From Malacoraja senta (taxonomy: Eukaryota), in NCBI GenBank assembly GCA_038087875.1, contig JAXLNO010001097.1, positions 186,001 to 230,752 on the forward strand: DNA of 44,752 nt, written 5' to 3'. Below, in pieces: positions 1 to 11,736 of the stretch. The notes beneath the pieces are model-generated. The model searched no databases. It was not told the DNA's origin and saw only the letters and a list, made by a program, of their open reading frames with translations. Positions within the stretch are counted from its first letter, which is position 1; every line of letters starts with the position of its first letter. Both the position numbers and the translations under genes were made by a program.

Positions 1-290
1 TCCTCCCTGTAGGAGGAGGGAGAGCACTAGGACCCAGCAGAGTCATCACTACTGATGGGTCTTCCGTGTAGGTGGGGGGGAGCACTAGGACCCAACAGAG
101 TCATCACTACTGATGGGTCTTCCCTGCAGGAGGGGGGAGAGCACTAGGACCCAGCAGAGTCATCACTACTGATGGGTCTTCCCTGCAGGAGTAGGGGGAG
201 AGCACTAGGACCCAGCAGAGTCATCAATACTGATGGGTCTTCCCTGCAGGAGGGGGGGGGGCGGGGGAGCACTAGGAGCCAGCAATCAGA
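1..290. repeat. ~60-bp minisatellite, about 4.7 copies
   Basis: Unit AGCACTAGGACCCAGCAGAGTCATCACTACTGATGGGTCTTCCCTGCAGG+G-run recurs at 23, 81, 140, 201 and 268 (periods 58, 59, 61, 67); the length variation lies in the G-run. Confidence 0.95.
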
Positions 291-720
291 CCATGTGCTG
301 TCTGCATGGTTTAGGTTGTGGGCCTGGTGCTATGCCAGGAACTCTGGTGAGGTGATGGCTCTGGCCCGCTGGTGGCCGGTGGAGAGGCGAGGGTCGGCAG
401 AGTCGCTGGTGGAGGCCCGTGGGGAGCTGGAGTAGAGATATGGGCAGCAGCATCATTGGCTTTCTGAAGACAGTGAAGGTCGGCGACAGTGGCTGCGGTG
501 GCCTCGCCCGGGGAGGTGGTGAGAGTCAGGAGCCGTGGCTGTTTCAGTGGTCCGGGCCTGGGTTTGGGTCAGTGTGTGGATGGGTGGGTGTGAGTGAGTG
601 GGTGAGGGTGTGTGTGTGTGTGTGTGTGGATGTGTGTGGGTGTAGGTGAGTGAGTGTGTGTCTGAGTGTATGTGTGTGTTAGTGGGAGGGTGAATTTTAT
701 AAATGAAGTTAAAACCATTA
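291..720 (-). mobile_element. Fragment of a repeat family, probably the low-complexity C-terminal region of a non-LTR ORF1, with (TG)n tracts
   Basis: Homologous to 29655-29883 (AGACCATGTG...TTGTGGGCCTGG...GGAACTCTGGTG). The minus frame is Thr/His/Pro-rich. The family assignment is an inference. Confidence 0.5.
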
Positions 721-914
721 GATCTGTTGAACTTGTTAACAGACTATTGACTTGGTAACCTGTTTCCAAATGTTTGTGTTAGCTTCAGAATACTATTAAC
801 AATTCCAGCAACAGTAGCTTCTACAGAGGTCATTTAGCAAACTCAAGCTGATTAAGAATTATTTAAGGTCGACATTGTCTCATGAATGTCTTGTGGATTT
901 GGCCAGGCTAAGTA

Positions 915-1400
915 TTCAAAGTCAAAGTCAGTTTTATTCATCACATACACCCGAAGGTGCAGTGAAGTGAATTTGCCAGCAGTGATACACGTAAAAAGAA
1001 CACACAATACACAATAAAATTGAACACAAACATCCACTACAGCATTCTTCACTGTGGTGGAAGGCAACAAGTTTCAGCCAGTCCTCCTCCTTTGTTCACC
1101 TGTGTTCGGGGCCATAACCCCTCCGTAGTCGCATCTAGGGACGGACCAATGTACAAGGCCCTCTCGTCGGGATGATCCAAACTCTGACGTTGGGACGGAC
1201 AAACACACTCTGCGGCTTGGAGGTCCCGACTCGGCACTTTCCTACTGGAGACCGCAGCTTCAGGATGTTATAGGCCACAGGCCAGCGGTTCGAGCTCGTC
1301 TCTGGTGATCCCCGGCGAGGGATCCCAGGATCCGGATGGTAAGTCCACGCCACGCCCGCGGCTAGAAGCTCCGCAGACCACAGCTCCACGGTGTCAACGT
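915..1400 (-). repeat. GC-rich dispersed repeat with a LINE-like 3' tail (copy 1)
   Basis: Shares TTTATT..CACATACACC...AAACATCCA...CTCACTGTG..GAAGGCAA and GATGGTAAGTCCAC with 3995-4715 and 10230-10740. Confidence 0.7.
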
Positions 1401-2017
1401 ATTGAATCAATAGTATTGAATCATACATTGCCAGAACAATACATTTTCATGCTGTGATTTGACATTTTTCACACAAAAAAGGCCAGGAAAGCTCTTTATA
1501 TAAAGTAAATTTATATAATAAAAGTAAAACTTTTACTTTTTACTAATAATTATGTCTTTTGATGATATGATCTGCATTGAAACATAAAAGGATGTTTCAA
1601 TGTGAATTCTTTCTCCTTATCTGTATTGTAGCATAAACAAAGATGTTCAAAACAAAGGTAGATAAAATGCTGGAGAAACTCAATGGGTGAGGCAGCATCT
1701 ATAGAGTGAAGGAAAACAAATGTGCTTGCTGATCCTTTTATTTTATTTATATTTATTTATATTTATCATGGAGGGTGTATAGGGACATAAGGCATCAAAT
1801 GCAGAAAATCAACAGAGCGCCCCATCCCACCCCTCTCTCATCTTCCATACCCCTTTTTGCCGTGCAGGCTACAGCTCATGGCATAAAACTAGCATAGTGG
1901 ATAAAAACAGGATGACTAATGGAGAAGGGAAGGGGGCCCAAAAGAAACTTTGTACCCACTGATAAAATTCCTGTGAGGCCCTGCGTATACACGCACAAAC
2001 AGTGTGTGTTGTGAACC

Positions 2018-3905
2018 ATGTCTTCCAAGACGCGCACGTATAGTGAAACATTTCTCAAGTTCGGCTTCACAAGCATTGTTCCAAATCCGTGGTCAAGCCG
2101 CAATGTGTTCTCTGTGCCAAGGTTTAGAGTCACGAGAGCATGAAGCCCAGCAAACTGAAGATCCATTTGGTGTCTTGTCACAGCAACCTGGCGGGGAAGA
2201 GCGTGGACTCTTTCAAACGAAAAGAAGCCATACTCAAGGGTTCCCGCATCTATTCAACGGGTCACTCGCTCATCAAAATGAAGCAGCGTTGCAGGCTTCA
2301 TACCGGATTGCTTATCGAATCGCACAGACTAAGAAACCTCACAGCATCGGTGAAGAGCTTATCAAGCCATGCCTTCTCGAAACAGCGAAGTTGGCGCTGG
2401 GGGAAGAGCAGTCAAACAAGTTCAGGCAGATTTCCCTTTTGAATGACACAGTCAAAAGTAGAATCTCGGATATGAGTAATGATATTCTGCTGCAAGTAGT
2501 GAGGGCTGTGACGAGCAGTCCAGTGTATTCACTGCAACTGGGCGAGTCAACAGATGTTGCCTCATGTTCCCAACTGCTAGTCTACATTCGTTACCTCGAT
2601 GGAGTAGCCATGACGGAGGAGTACATGTTCTCGGAGCCATTGGCTACTACCACTCGGGGAGAAGATGTGTTCAGAATGCTGGAAGCCTTCCTCATCAAAC
2701 ATGAGCTTGGCTGGAAATGCCTTGTTGGGATGTGTACAGATGGGGCACCTTCCATGGTCGGTTGCAGATCCGGTTTCCAAGACTTCGTGAATGATGTCGC
2801 TCCACATGTCTCCTTCCCCCACTGCATGATACATCGCTATGCTTTAGCGATGAAGACTCTCCCTCTTGGTCTTCGAGAAGTGCTTTCAGATGTGGTGAAG
2901 ATTGTGAACCACATCCGAGAGAGTGCAACAAACTCAAGAAACTTCAAGCGATGTGTGAAGAAATGGGCGCCGATTTCACTATTCTGTTATTCCACACAGA
3001 GGTGCACTGGCTTTTGCGTGGTAAAGTTCTCAATCATGTGATTCAACGTTGAGAGGAAATAGTGTTGTTCTTGGAGAGAAGGGGTACTGAGAAGGAGAAT
3101 CAGCTTCATGAAAAGATGCAAGTTGAACTGTTTGTGATGAAGGTTGCTTACTTGGCTGACTTCTTCGCTGAGGTGAATTCCTTGAACCTGTCGCTTCAAG
3201 GAATCCTCCCAATGGCAAAGTGGCAGCATTCAGGAGGAACCTTTACCAGAGAAGAGTCCAGGACGGTGACATGGCTATCTTCCCTGAGATGATGACTCTC
3301 CTGGATGCTATGCCTGATGCTGAATGCCACTTCCACGAGGAGATCTCAACCCACCTTCTGGCAATTAGTGAAGCCATCGAACGTTACTTCCCCAGACTGG
3401 ACGACCGCTCTCGTGATGAGTGGATGCTCTGACCCTTTTCCGTTGAAGACGGTGGCATCAGCAATACTGACGTGACCGAAGGTTGAATTTTACTGAATTC
3501 GTGAAGATGCGCAACTCAAGAGTGACTTCATGGAACAAGAGCTCGCCACGTTTTGGCTGAAAGTGAAGGAATGTCCTGCTCTTTCGAAGAGGGCCCTGAC
3601 CCTATTGGTCCATTCCCCCTCAACCTCTCACTGTGAGGGTGGATTCTCAACTATGGTAACTCTGAAAACGAAGGTACGCAATAGGCTTGTGATCGACACT
3701 GACATGAGATGCTGCCTGTCGAGCATTCGTCCATGTTTTGATTGCCTGATGACTGCGAAGCAATTTCAGCCATCCCATTGACTGAGCATTGGCAGACATG
3801 TTTTAATAAATCGGGCTGTTTTTTTTCAAATTTTGTTTTAGAGGTCACGGTACTGATCAAGAATGCCTGATGGGGTCGTGGGGCCAAAAAGATTAAGAAC
3901 CACTG
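2018..3905 (+). mobile_element. Degenerate hAT (Buster/ZBED5/FAM200-like) DNA transposon; 3' end intact, 5' TIR missing
   Basis: Frameshifted transposase at 2018-3781 with BED finger (CVLC...MKPSKLKIHL), KPHSIGEELIKPC, SLQLGESTD, CTDGAPSM, HCMIHRYAL and CEGGFSTM. The terminus ...AAGAACCACTG (3905) is followed by CTCTAAAG, an NNNTANNN Buster-type target. Confidence 0.92.
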
Positions 3906-3994
3906 CTCTAAAGCTTAAAACTAAAGGGGCTAATAAAGGCCACAAAGTGGCTTTAGTGAGTCGGATTACAGAAAATCCCACATCTTTTTCATGG

Positions 3995-4715
3995 TTTCAT
4001 GGTTAGTTTATTGTCACATATACCAATTAAGGTACATTGAAATGCAGACTACCATACACCGTACTAAAAAAAAGCAACAAGACACACAATAACATAAAAG
4101 TTAACATAAACATCCACAACAGAGGAGCCCGCACGTTCCTCACTGTGAGAGAAGGCAATAAAGTCTAATCTCCTTCCTCTTTATCTCCCGCAGTCGGGGC
4201 AATCAAACAATCTGCAGTCGGTGGTCGAAACCCCCGTTGGGGAATCGAAACTCCCACGTCGGAGCGGTCGGAGCGGTCGAAACTCCTGCGGCTTGGAGGT
4301 CCCGGATGTCGGTCTCGACCGTAGACCACGGGCTCCGCGATGTTAAAGTCTTGCAGGCTCTCACAGTTGGAGCCCTAAAGTCGATCCCCGACAGGGATCG
4401 CGAGCTCCATGATGGTAAGTCCACAGGCTCCTGCGATGGATCTCCCGGTCGATCTCTAGCAAAGGCCGCCATTCATCAATGTTAGGCCGCATTGTGGACG
4501 GAGATACGATACAGAAAATATCGCATCTACGTCGAGGTAAGAGATTAGGAAAAGTTTCCCACAACTCCCCCAACCCCCCCCCCCCTCCCCACCCCCAAAA
4601 CAAGCTAAAGAACACTAAAGAATATACATTTAACACGTACAAAACAGACACAAAGAAGGAAGGGACAGACGACTTTTGGCGAGGCAACCATTGCAGCAAA
4701 AGGTGGATTGCTTAA
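3995..4715 (-). repeat. GC-rich dispersed repeat (copy 2)
   Basis: Same tail as 915-1400 and 10230-10740, plus GATGGTAAGTCCAC at about 4411. Confidence 0.7.
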
Positions 4716-4784
4716 GGATATAGAAGGGAATATGTGCTTGGAGTTTGGCGAGGTTTGGTTTCACCAAGGAAGACATGTAGAATA

Positions 4785-5605
4785 GTAAGGACCATTAATA
4801 GTAAGTACATCATAAAATCCTCCAACATTTTTGCCACCTCCAACGGGATCCCACTACTGATCACATCTTCCCATCTCCACCCATTTCTGCTTTCCGCAGA
4901 GACCGTTCCCTCCGAAACTCCCTGGTCAACTCGTCCCTTCACACCCAAACCACCCGCTCCCCGGATACTTTCTCCTGCAACTGCAGGAGATGCAACACCT
5001 GTCCCTTTATGTCCCCCCCTCGACTCCGTCCAAGGACCTAAAGTCTTTCCAGGTGAGGCAGAAGTTCACTTGCACCTCTTCCAACCTCATCTACTGTATC
5101 CGCTGTTTCAGTTGTCAACTTCTCTACATCAGTGAGACCAAGCGCAGGCTCGGCGATCGTTTTGTTGAACACTTCCCCTCAGTCCGTCTTACCCTACCCG
5201 ATCTCCCGGTGGCTCAGCACTTCAACTCCCCCTCCCATTCCCAATCTGACCTTTCTGTCCTGGGCCTCCTCCATTGTCAGAGTGAGGCCCAGCCCAAATT
5301 GGAGGACCAGCACCTCATATTTTGCTTGGGTAGTGTATACTCCAGCGGTATGAACATTGACTTCTATTACTTTCGATAGCCCTTGATTTCTCTCTCCATC
5401 CCCTCCCCCTTCCCAATTCTGCCACCAGTCTTACTGTCTCCGCCGACATTCTATCTTTGTCCCTCCCCTGACATCAGTCTGAAGAAGGGTCTCGACCCAA
5501 AACAATGCCCATTCCTTCTCTCCAGGGAAGCTGCCTGACCCGCTGAGTTACGCCAGCATTTTGTGTCTCTCTTCGATTTTAACATCTGCAGCATCTGCAG
5601 TTCTT
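4785..5605 (+). mobile_element. Penelope-like element 3' fragment (GIY-YIG endonuclease plus pLTR with a minimal hammerhead remnant)
   Basis: ORF 4990-5379 reads FTCTSSNLIYCIRC...LYISETKRRLGDRFVEH...PVAQHFN. CTGAAGAAGGGTCTCGACCCAAAAC lies at 5479-5503. Confidence 0.9.
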
Positions 5606-5624
5606 TCTTACACATGGAGAATCA

Positions 5625-6175
5625 ATGTGGAGAATGCTAACATGCAGGGACACTTTGAAGTTAAGCAAGAAGGAGATGTTGGATCACTTGAAGAGAAATG
5701 TGGATAAATCCCCAGGATAGAGGGGTGTAGTGGATGATAATAATAATCGTTGAAAACATTAGTGCCGTGCTGGTTTCCGATGGGCACGGTGACGGACGCA
5801 CCACACATCTCTCCTCCATGCAACTGGCAAGCTCCTCTTTTATCTCTACACATGCGTCTTCCATCAACGTCTTCTGCATCATCTTGATTGGCCGTCCTGG
5901 GTCAAGTCTTCCATGGGTGGGTTCCCACAGCACAACCTTGTTTGCTGGCATTTCTGGGTGGCGGAGCCAGTGACCTGCGAGCCTCATCCTTCTCAACGTG
6001 ATCTTCTCGGTCAGAGGTGGATTCTCCCCATAGAGCTGGGCGTTGGTGATGTGGTCCCTCCATCTGACATTTTGAACTTTTCCGAGCATTCGGGTGTAGG
6101 TACCATCGAGAGACTAGGACAGTGCTGGAGTGAGAGTCCATGCCTCACACCCGTACAATAATATGGTCTCTACAG
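5625..6175 (-). mobile_element. RTE-clade LINE 3' fragment
   Basis: VRWRDHITNAQLY...RRMRLAGHWLRHPE...GRP is the typical RTE C-terminal motif set. Confidence 0.8.
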
Positions 6176-6347
6176 TTGTACGGAAGGCCAAATATTCAGG
6201 CTGTAGTTCAGTGACAAGTAGAGTTCTGCAGGGATCTGTGCTGTGACCCTTGCTACTTGTGACATATATAAATGACTTGGACCCTGGTGTTCAGAAATTA
6301 CCCAGTCATAACAATTAATCAAATAATGATTTTTATTTTTATTTCAG

Positions 6348-6621
6348 ATTATCACTACGTTCAAGGACAGTTTGGTTGTGAGGTGAACGATCACAGTCCC
6401 ACTGTAGGGATATTGAAGTTGGCTTTTGATGGAAGATATGCATTTAGTTTTGATAAGGACAAACTAAAGTGGACGGTGCATGATCCAATAGCTGAGCTTC
6501 AAAGAGAAATGGGACAAGAATGAAAAAATGAAGCGTTATTTCAAGAGCTTGTTAGAACATGACTGTGTGGATCTATGGCTTACATACTATGCAATTGGAA
6601 AGACATACCTGACCAGAAAAG
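6348..6621 (+). pseudogene. MHC class I-like alpha2 exon, frameshifted (274 nt)
   Basis: Acceptor TTTCAG at 6347 and donor GTGAG at 6622. Reads DYHYVQGQFGCEV...AFDGRYAFSFDKDKLKW...ELQRE, then shifts frame to KWDKNEKMKRYFKSLLEHDCVDLWLTYYAIGKTYLTRK. The Cys pair equivalent to C101-C164 is present. In-frame TGA at 6521-6523 as sequenced. Confidence 0.9.
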
Positions 6622-6939
6622 GTGAGTTCAGAACAAAGGATGTTGTTTTGTGATGGTAGGCAATGAGTAATATTTCACTCTGAGGCAATGAGTAATATTA
6701 TCTCTGACCCAATCATGACAGAGGGAAAGGTCATTCGGCCCATTGATTCTATGCTAGTTTTCTATGCAATGTCGACAAACTGTTCCACAGCTCTCTCTCA
6801 CAACTTGCACTCAGCTCCCTCGGATTCTCCTTGCATTCAGCTCCACGACGGATAATTTGCAATGTCCAACTAACTCACTGGCTCGTCTTTGGTATATTGG
6901 ACAAAACTGGAGCACATGGAGGAAGCCAACTGAGTCATA

Positions 6940-8880
6940 AGGTCATAAGTGATGGCTGCAGCATTAGAACATTCGGCCCATCAAGTCGACTTCGCCAGTC
7001 AATCATGGCTGATCTATCTCTCCCTCCTAACCCCATTCTCCTGCCTTCTCCCCATAACCCCTGACGTGCATACTAATCAAGAATTAAAAGTATCCATTGA
7101 CGGACTCCACAGCCTTCTGTGGCAAATAATTCCACAGAATCACCACCCTCTGACAAAATAAATTCCTCATCTCTTTCCTAAAGGATTGTCCTTTAATATT
7201 GAGACTATGACCTCTCGTCGTAGACTCTCCCACCATTGGAGACATCCTCTCCACATCCACATCTATCCAAGCCTTTCACTATTTTTTATTTAAAAAAAAT
7301 ATATTGTTATTAGAAGCATGTGCATATCATAATACAAACATTTCTTATATATCAATCCTACTTTGCTAATAGGTGGGAGTCCAGGTATCAAAATAATAGT
7401 GGTCCTCCTTTATCAATTGTATATTAAATCTGCTTCTATTTAGGTTTTTTTTTATAGATAGAAAGTGAGAAATTAAAAAAAAAGGCATGAAAAAGAAGAA
7501 TGGAATAATTTACCAATAATACAACTTTGGAGATAGGTCCGTAGGTTATAAAGCATAACTATTCATCTAATCCTGAGCTTGGATTTCAGTCAGATTCCTA
7601 TGCTGAACCAATTTACCCTTTCAAAAAATCAATAAATGGAGACCATATTCTATTAAATAATTCATGTTTTTCAATTAAGACAAGTCTAGTTCTTTCCAAA
7701 TGTAAGGTCTCCGATATTTCCATAATCCACATTTTAATTGTGGGGGTTATAGGACCTTTCCAAAATTTTAATATTAATTTTTTCCCAATTATTATACTAT
7801 AATCAAGAAAGTTTCTTTGGTTTATTGTAAGTCTTAGGCTTTGTTCTGATATTCCTAATATTATTATGAGTCGGGATCCAATTGGGTATTGACTAATTCA
7901 GAAATTATTCTGAAAATGTCCGTCCAGAAATTTTTGATTTTTATACAATTTACAAAGGTATGAGTTAAGTTAGCCTCTAAATGCTGGCATTTATCACAAA
8001 TAGGAGAGATATGTGGGAAGATTCTATTTAATTTTGTTTTAGAATAATGTCATCTATGTAATACTTTAAATTGTATTAAGGCATGTCTGGCATTTAATGA
8101 GCATTGATGTATATATTGTAGACTTTCGTCCCAAATATCTTTCGTTATGGGTTGGCCTAATTCATTTTCCCATGTGTGTCTATATAAATCCGTCGGCGGG
8201 ACCTCACTATCTAAGAGGGTATTATAAATATGAGATATTAATTTTTCTGTATTAGGATGTTTATTCAAACATTCATCAAGGATTTCTGGTTCCCTAGTTC
8301 TGTAATCTTGTGTATTTGATTTAATGTAATCTCTAAGCTGTAAATATCTAAAAAAGTTATTTGAGTGTGGTCCGTAAATCTGTTGTAACCCCTGAAATTA
8401 CAGAAAAGTGCCTTTCCTATAAAGATGTCCCATCTTTTTAATTCCATAATTTTTCCATTGTGTAAAGCCTTTATCCAACATGGAAGGTTTGAATAAAGGG
8501 TTGTTTATAATGGGGAGACAGTGACAATTATCCAATTTTAAAGTCTTTTTTAATTGTTTCCAAATTCGTATACCACTATATATTATAGGATTTTCACTAT
8601 AGGTGTTTTAATGCAATTTTGTGGGAGCAAACATAATCGAACCAATTTCAAAAGGCAAACAGTCTTTCACTATTTTGTATGATTCAATGAGGTCCCCCCT
8701 TATTCTTCTAAACCCCAGCAAGTACAGGCCCACTGCCATCAAATGGTCATCATATGTTAACCCATTCAATCCTGGGATCATTCTTGTACACCTCCGCTGG
8801 ACCCTCTCCAGAGCCAGCACATCCTTCCTCAGATATGGTGCCCAAAATTGCTCACAATGCTCCAAATGTGGCTTGACCGG
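6940..8880 (-). mobile_element. CR1 LINE 3' fragment interrupted by an L1 insertion
   Basis: CR1 tail at 6940-7285 continues at 8664-8880 (PHLEHCEQFWAPYLRKDVLALERVQRR). Confidence 0.85.
7286..8663 (-). mobile_element. 5'-truncated fish-type L1 with a 13-bp TSD
   Basis: ORF2 C-terminal remnants (HQCSLNARHALIQFKVLHR). Direct repeat CTTTCACTATTTT at 7273-7285 and 8664-8676. Confidence 0.85.
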
Positions 8881-9237
8881 CGCCTTATAGAACCTCAGCA
8901 TTACATCCCTGTTTGACAGGGAGAAAGTGTAATTGATGTCTTTCATATTAGTTAACCATGGATTTTCTTGACCACAGTTGACAGCCCCTAATGGGATTGC
9001 ATGTCTATCACACGTCTCTATAGAGCACAGCATTAAGCTTCGAAGGGCAAAATTTACACGAGATGTGCAGGTCAAGTGTTTTTTTGCACAGAGAGAGCTT
9101 GATACCTAGAATGCGCTACCAGGAGTGGTGGTAGAGGAGGACATGATAATGGTGCTTAAGAAAGTTTTGGACAGGCTCGTGGGTATGCAGGGAATACAAG
9201 GATATGGAACACATGCAGGCAGTGGAGATGAGTTTTG

Positions 9238-9525
9238 GTTTAGTTTAGAGATAGAGTATGGAAACAGGATCTTTGGGCCACTGAGTCTGCACTGACCAGC
9301 AATTGCCCATTCACTATTTTTGTCCTACAAGCTAGGGACAATTTACAGAAGCCAATTAACCTACAAACCTGCACGTCTTTTGTATTTGGGAGGAAACCGG
9401 AGCCCCCAGAGAAAACCCACAAGGTGACAGAGAGAACGTACAAACTCCGTCCAGACAGCACTCTAGTCAGGATCGAACCCGGGTCTCTAATGCTGTAAGA
9501 CAGCCACTCTATCACTGCGCCACTG
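9238..9525 (-). mobile_element. tRNA-derived HE1-like SINE (representative copy)
   Basis: tRNA-like head (GAGACCCGGGTTCGATCC), central GGTTTCCTCC core and CR1-derived tail. Other copies lie at about 11770-12050, 17735-18040, 18118-18412, 18565-18820, 19310-19600, 27860-28085, 28125-28370 and 40625-40825. Confidence 0.85.
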
Positions 9526-10229
9526 TTTTGCCTTAGTTTAACTTGGTATCCTGTTCGACATGGACATTGCAGGCTGAAAGTCCTGTTCTTGTACTGTTCT
9601 ATGTTCTATATATTCTCATTGGACATGGCAGAGTTTTCCACTCCTCCAGCCTCCATGTTGAATACTTACTCCCAGTTTAGATCTGATTCAATTAGTCAAT
9701 CCATTTCTCCCTCCCCTCCTGCCCTGATCCCCATTCTATATTTTGAAATAGTCATTCCCTTTTTCACTCCCTGGTCTGTCTACTATCCCCACAACTTTCC
9801 TCTACTTTCCTGTCTTGGTGCATGCAACATCTATCCATTTACCTCTTCCCTTCCCACTGTCCATAGACCCAGGTAGTTCTTCAAAGTGAAACAGCGTGAA
9901 ACACTTGCACTTCCAGTCAAATCTACTGCATATGGTTTTCATGACGTAATCTTCCACATTGCATCAATGAAACAAATAGAATGGCTGCTTTCTGGAGAAC
10001 CTGCATTCAATCCATGGGACTTTCTAAGATTCCTAATTCCTGCCACTTTAATTCTCCATTCAACACCCACCATGATCCATCCATCTGTACCTCTTACACT
10101 AGGATAACAAGGGTGAAAGTAACCTTGAGGACCAACAACTCAGCTTCTACCTTGACATGTTGCAGCCTTTCACACTCCATTCCACGTTCAACGAGTTGTA
10201 TTCCCTGTCAATAAAAGAACTGGTCATTT

Positions 10230-10740
10230 CATAAGTTCATGTTCATTTATTGTCACATACACCAATTGGTGTAGTAAAATTCACTGGCCAGGTCAGTCAT
10301 ACAATTTAAAAAAGCAACAGACTCAAAAACACATTTTGACATAAACATCCATCATAGTGACTCCTACACATTCCTCACTGTGATGGAAGGCGAAAATAAA
10401 GTTCCAAGTCCTTCCCTTGTTGTTCTTCCTTGGTCGGGGGCCTCGAGCCCCCCGTTGAACGGACGGTCTTGAGTCCCGTAGCCGGCGGCGTTCGGGCCCT
10501 CCGCATCGAGGTGATCAGCTCCCGCATCGGGGGGATTGTCAGCTCCCCTGCGCCGGGCGATCGACCCTCGCGTCGGGGCTGGACGAACCTTCTGTGGCGT
10601 TGGAGCTCCCGACTAGCCTCTCCCGAGACTGGGAGCCCTTGATGGTAAGTTCGCAGGCCGCGGTGGGAGCGATCCCAGGCAAGGGATCCGCTCCGATGGT
10701 AAGTCCACGCCCCGTGGTGGGGCTCACGACGGTCCTTTTC
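10230..10740 (-). repeat. GC-rich dispersed repeat (copy 3)
   Basis: Same tail as copies 1 and 2; carries two GATGGTAAGT motifs (about 10640 and 10695). Confidence 0.7.
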
Positions 10741-11550
10741 AACTGTTAAGTTGAAGTCAGAAAGAACAGATGCAAGAAGTATGAAGAAGGACACCAAGCT
10801 GAAACATTACGTAACCATGTCTTCCAGATGCTGCCTGAGCCACTGAGTTACACCTGCACGTTTTTGTGTTTTTTAATTACAGTTAAGTTATCCAGCTGCA
10901 AAATCATGACAGCCTGACCTACTTGAGTACTGCAGTATGTGCTGCATTTTATATAACTCTGTTTAGTTTCATGCATGCAGAGATGCAGTGAAATGGTTTG
11001 GATGGAACAGCAGATGCTGGACACCCCGTCCCTTCTCTCCAGAGATGCTGCCTGTCCCGCTGAGTTACTCCAGCTTTTTGTGTCTGTCTGCAGTGAAATG
11101 GTTGTTCTGCATTCTCCCCAGTCAAGTCATACTGTACATAAGTACAATTCGTCCTCTTCTGGAACAGCACGCAGAGATCCACCACATTCCAGGACTATCT
11201 TGCAGCTTCCAAGTCTCTGAGAAGTCTGATTTTGCCCTAAGGAAATACCCAATTTCACATTTTCTCATGTTAAGGCCCAGTGTCATAACAGCACTGGATT
11301 GATGAAGTAGAGGCGCCTGCCTCAGTTTAAGTTTTTCTGTTTCAAGATTGTGATCAAACCCTCGTCACTGGAACTGTGTCGCAGTGCCACCCATTACGTA
11401 TCAGTCCCAATTATCTTTCAACATGCTGGAATCACTTGTTTTTTATCCTTTTTAGACTTTTTTCATGAATTGTTCAGCTTAAACAGTTATGCTACAGCAG
11501 TTAAGCGCAGCTACCACTTAGTTCCAGAGACGTAACAACATAAGAGATAG

Positions 11551-11736
11551 TGTTGGAAGAATGATCAAACTCACACATAGTGGTTAGAATCCATAGTCTT
11601 TTATTAGTAACTCTGCAGAGGAAACACAAGGTGCTTTCTTCTCAGCATGCTTACTACCAGTCTACCAGAGAGAGAGAGAGAGAGCTGTCTAATAAGCCTG
11701 TGGGCGGAGCCACAGTATGAGTGACACTAATCTACA
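11551..11736 (-). mobile_element. Solo LTR (186 bp) with a 5-bp TSD
   Basis: TG...CA termini (TGTTG / CTACA), flanked by GATAG at 11546-11550 and 11737-11741. AATAAA on the minus strand near 11600, a GC box and a (GA)n tract inside. Confidence 0.75.

Noticed and set aside
1-290. CRISPR-like array
   Set aside because: The units are wholly repeated with no unique spacers, and the context is vertebrate with no cas genes.
700-6347. Alpha1 or leader exon of the MHC-like gene
   Set aside because: No ~270-nt splice-flanked open segment with alpha1 features was found; it probably lies upstream of the window.
8608-9075. 155-aa ORF as a gene
   Set aside because: It is a chimera of unique sequence, CR1 RT and L1 across an insertion junction.
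9400-9525. tRNA genes at SINE heads
   Set aside because: They show A/B-box similarity only, have no complete cloverleaf, and run on into the SINE body and CR1 tail.
10630-10710. U1 snRNA relic (ACTTACC on the minus strand)
   Set aside because: Only the 7-mer matches; there is no U1 stem-loop or Sm-site similarity.
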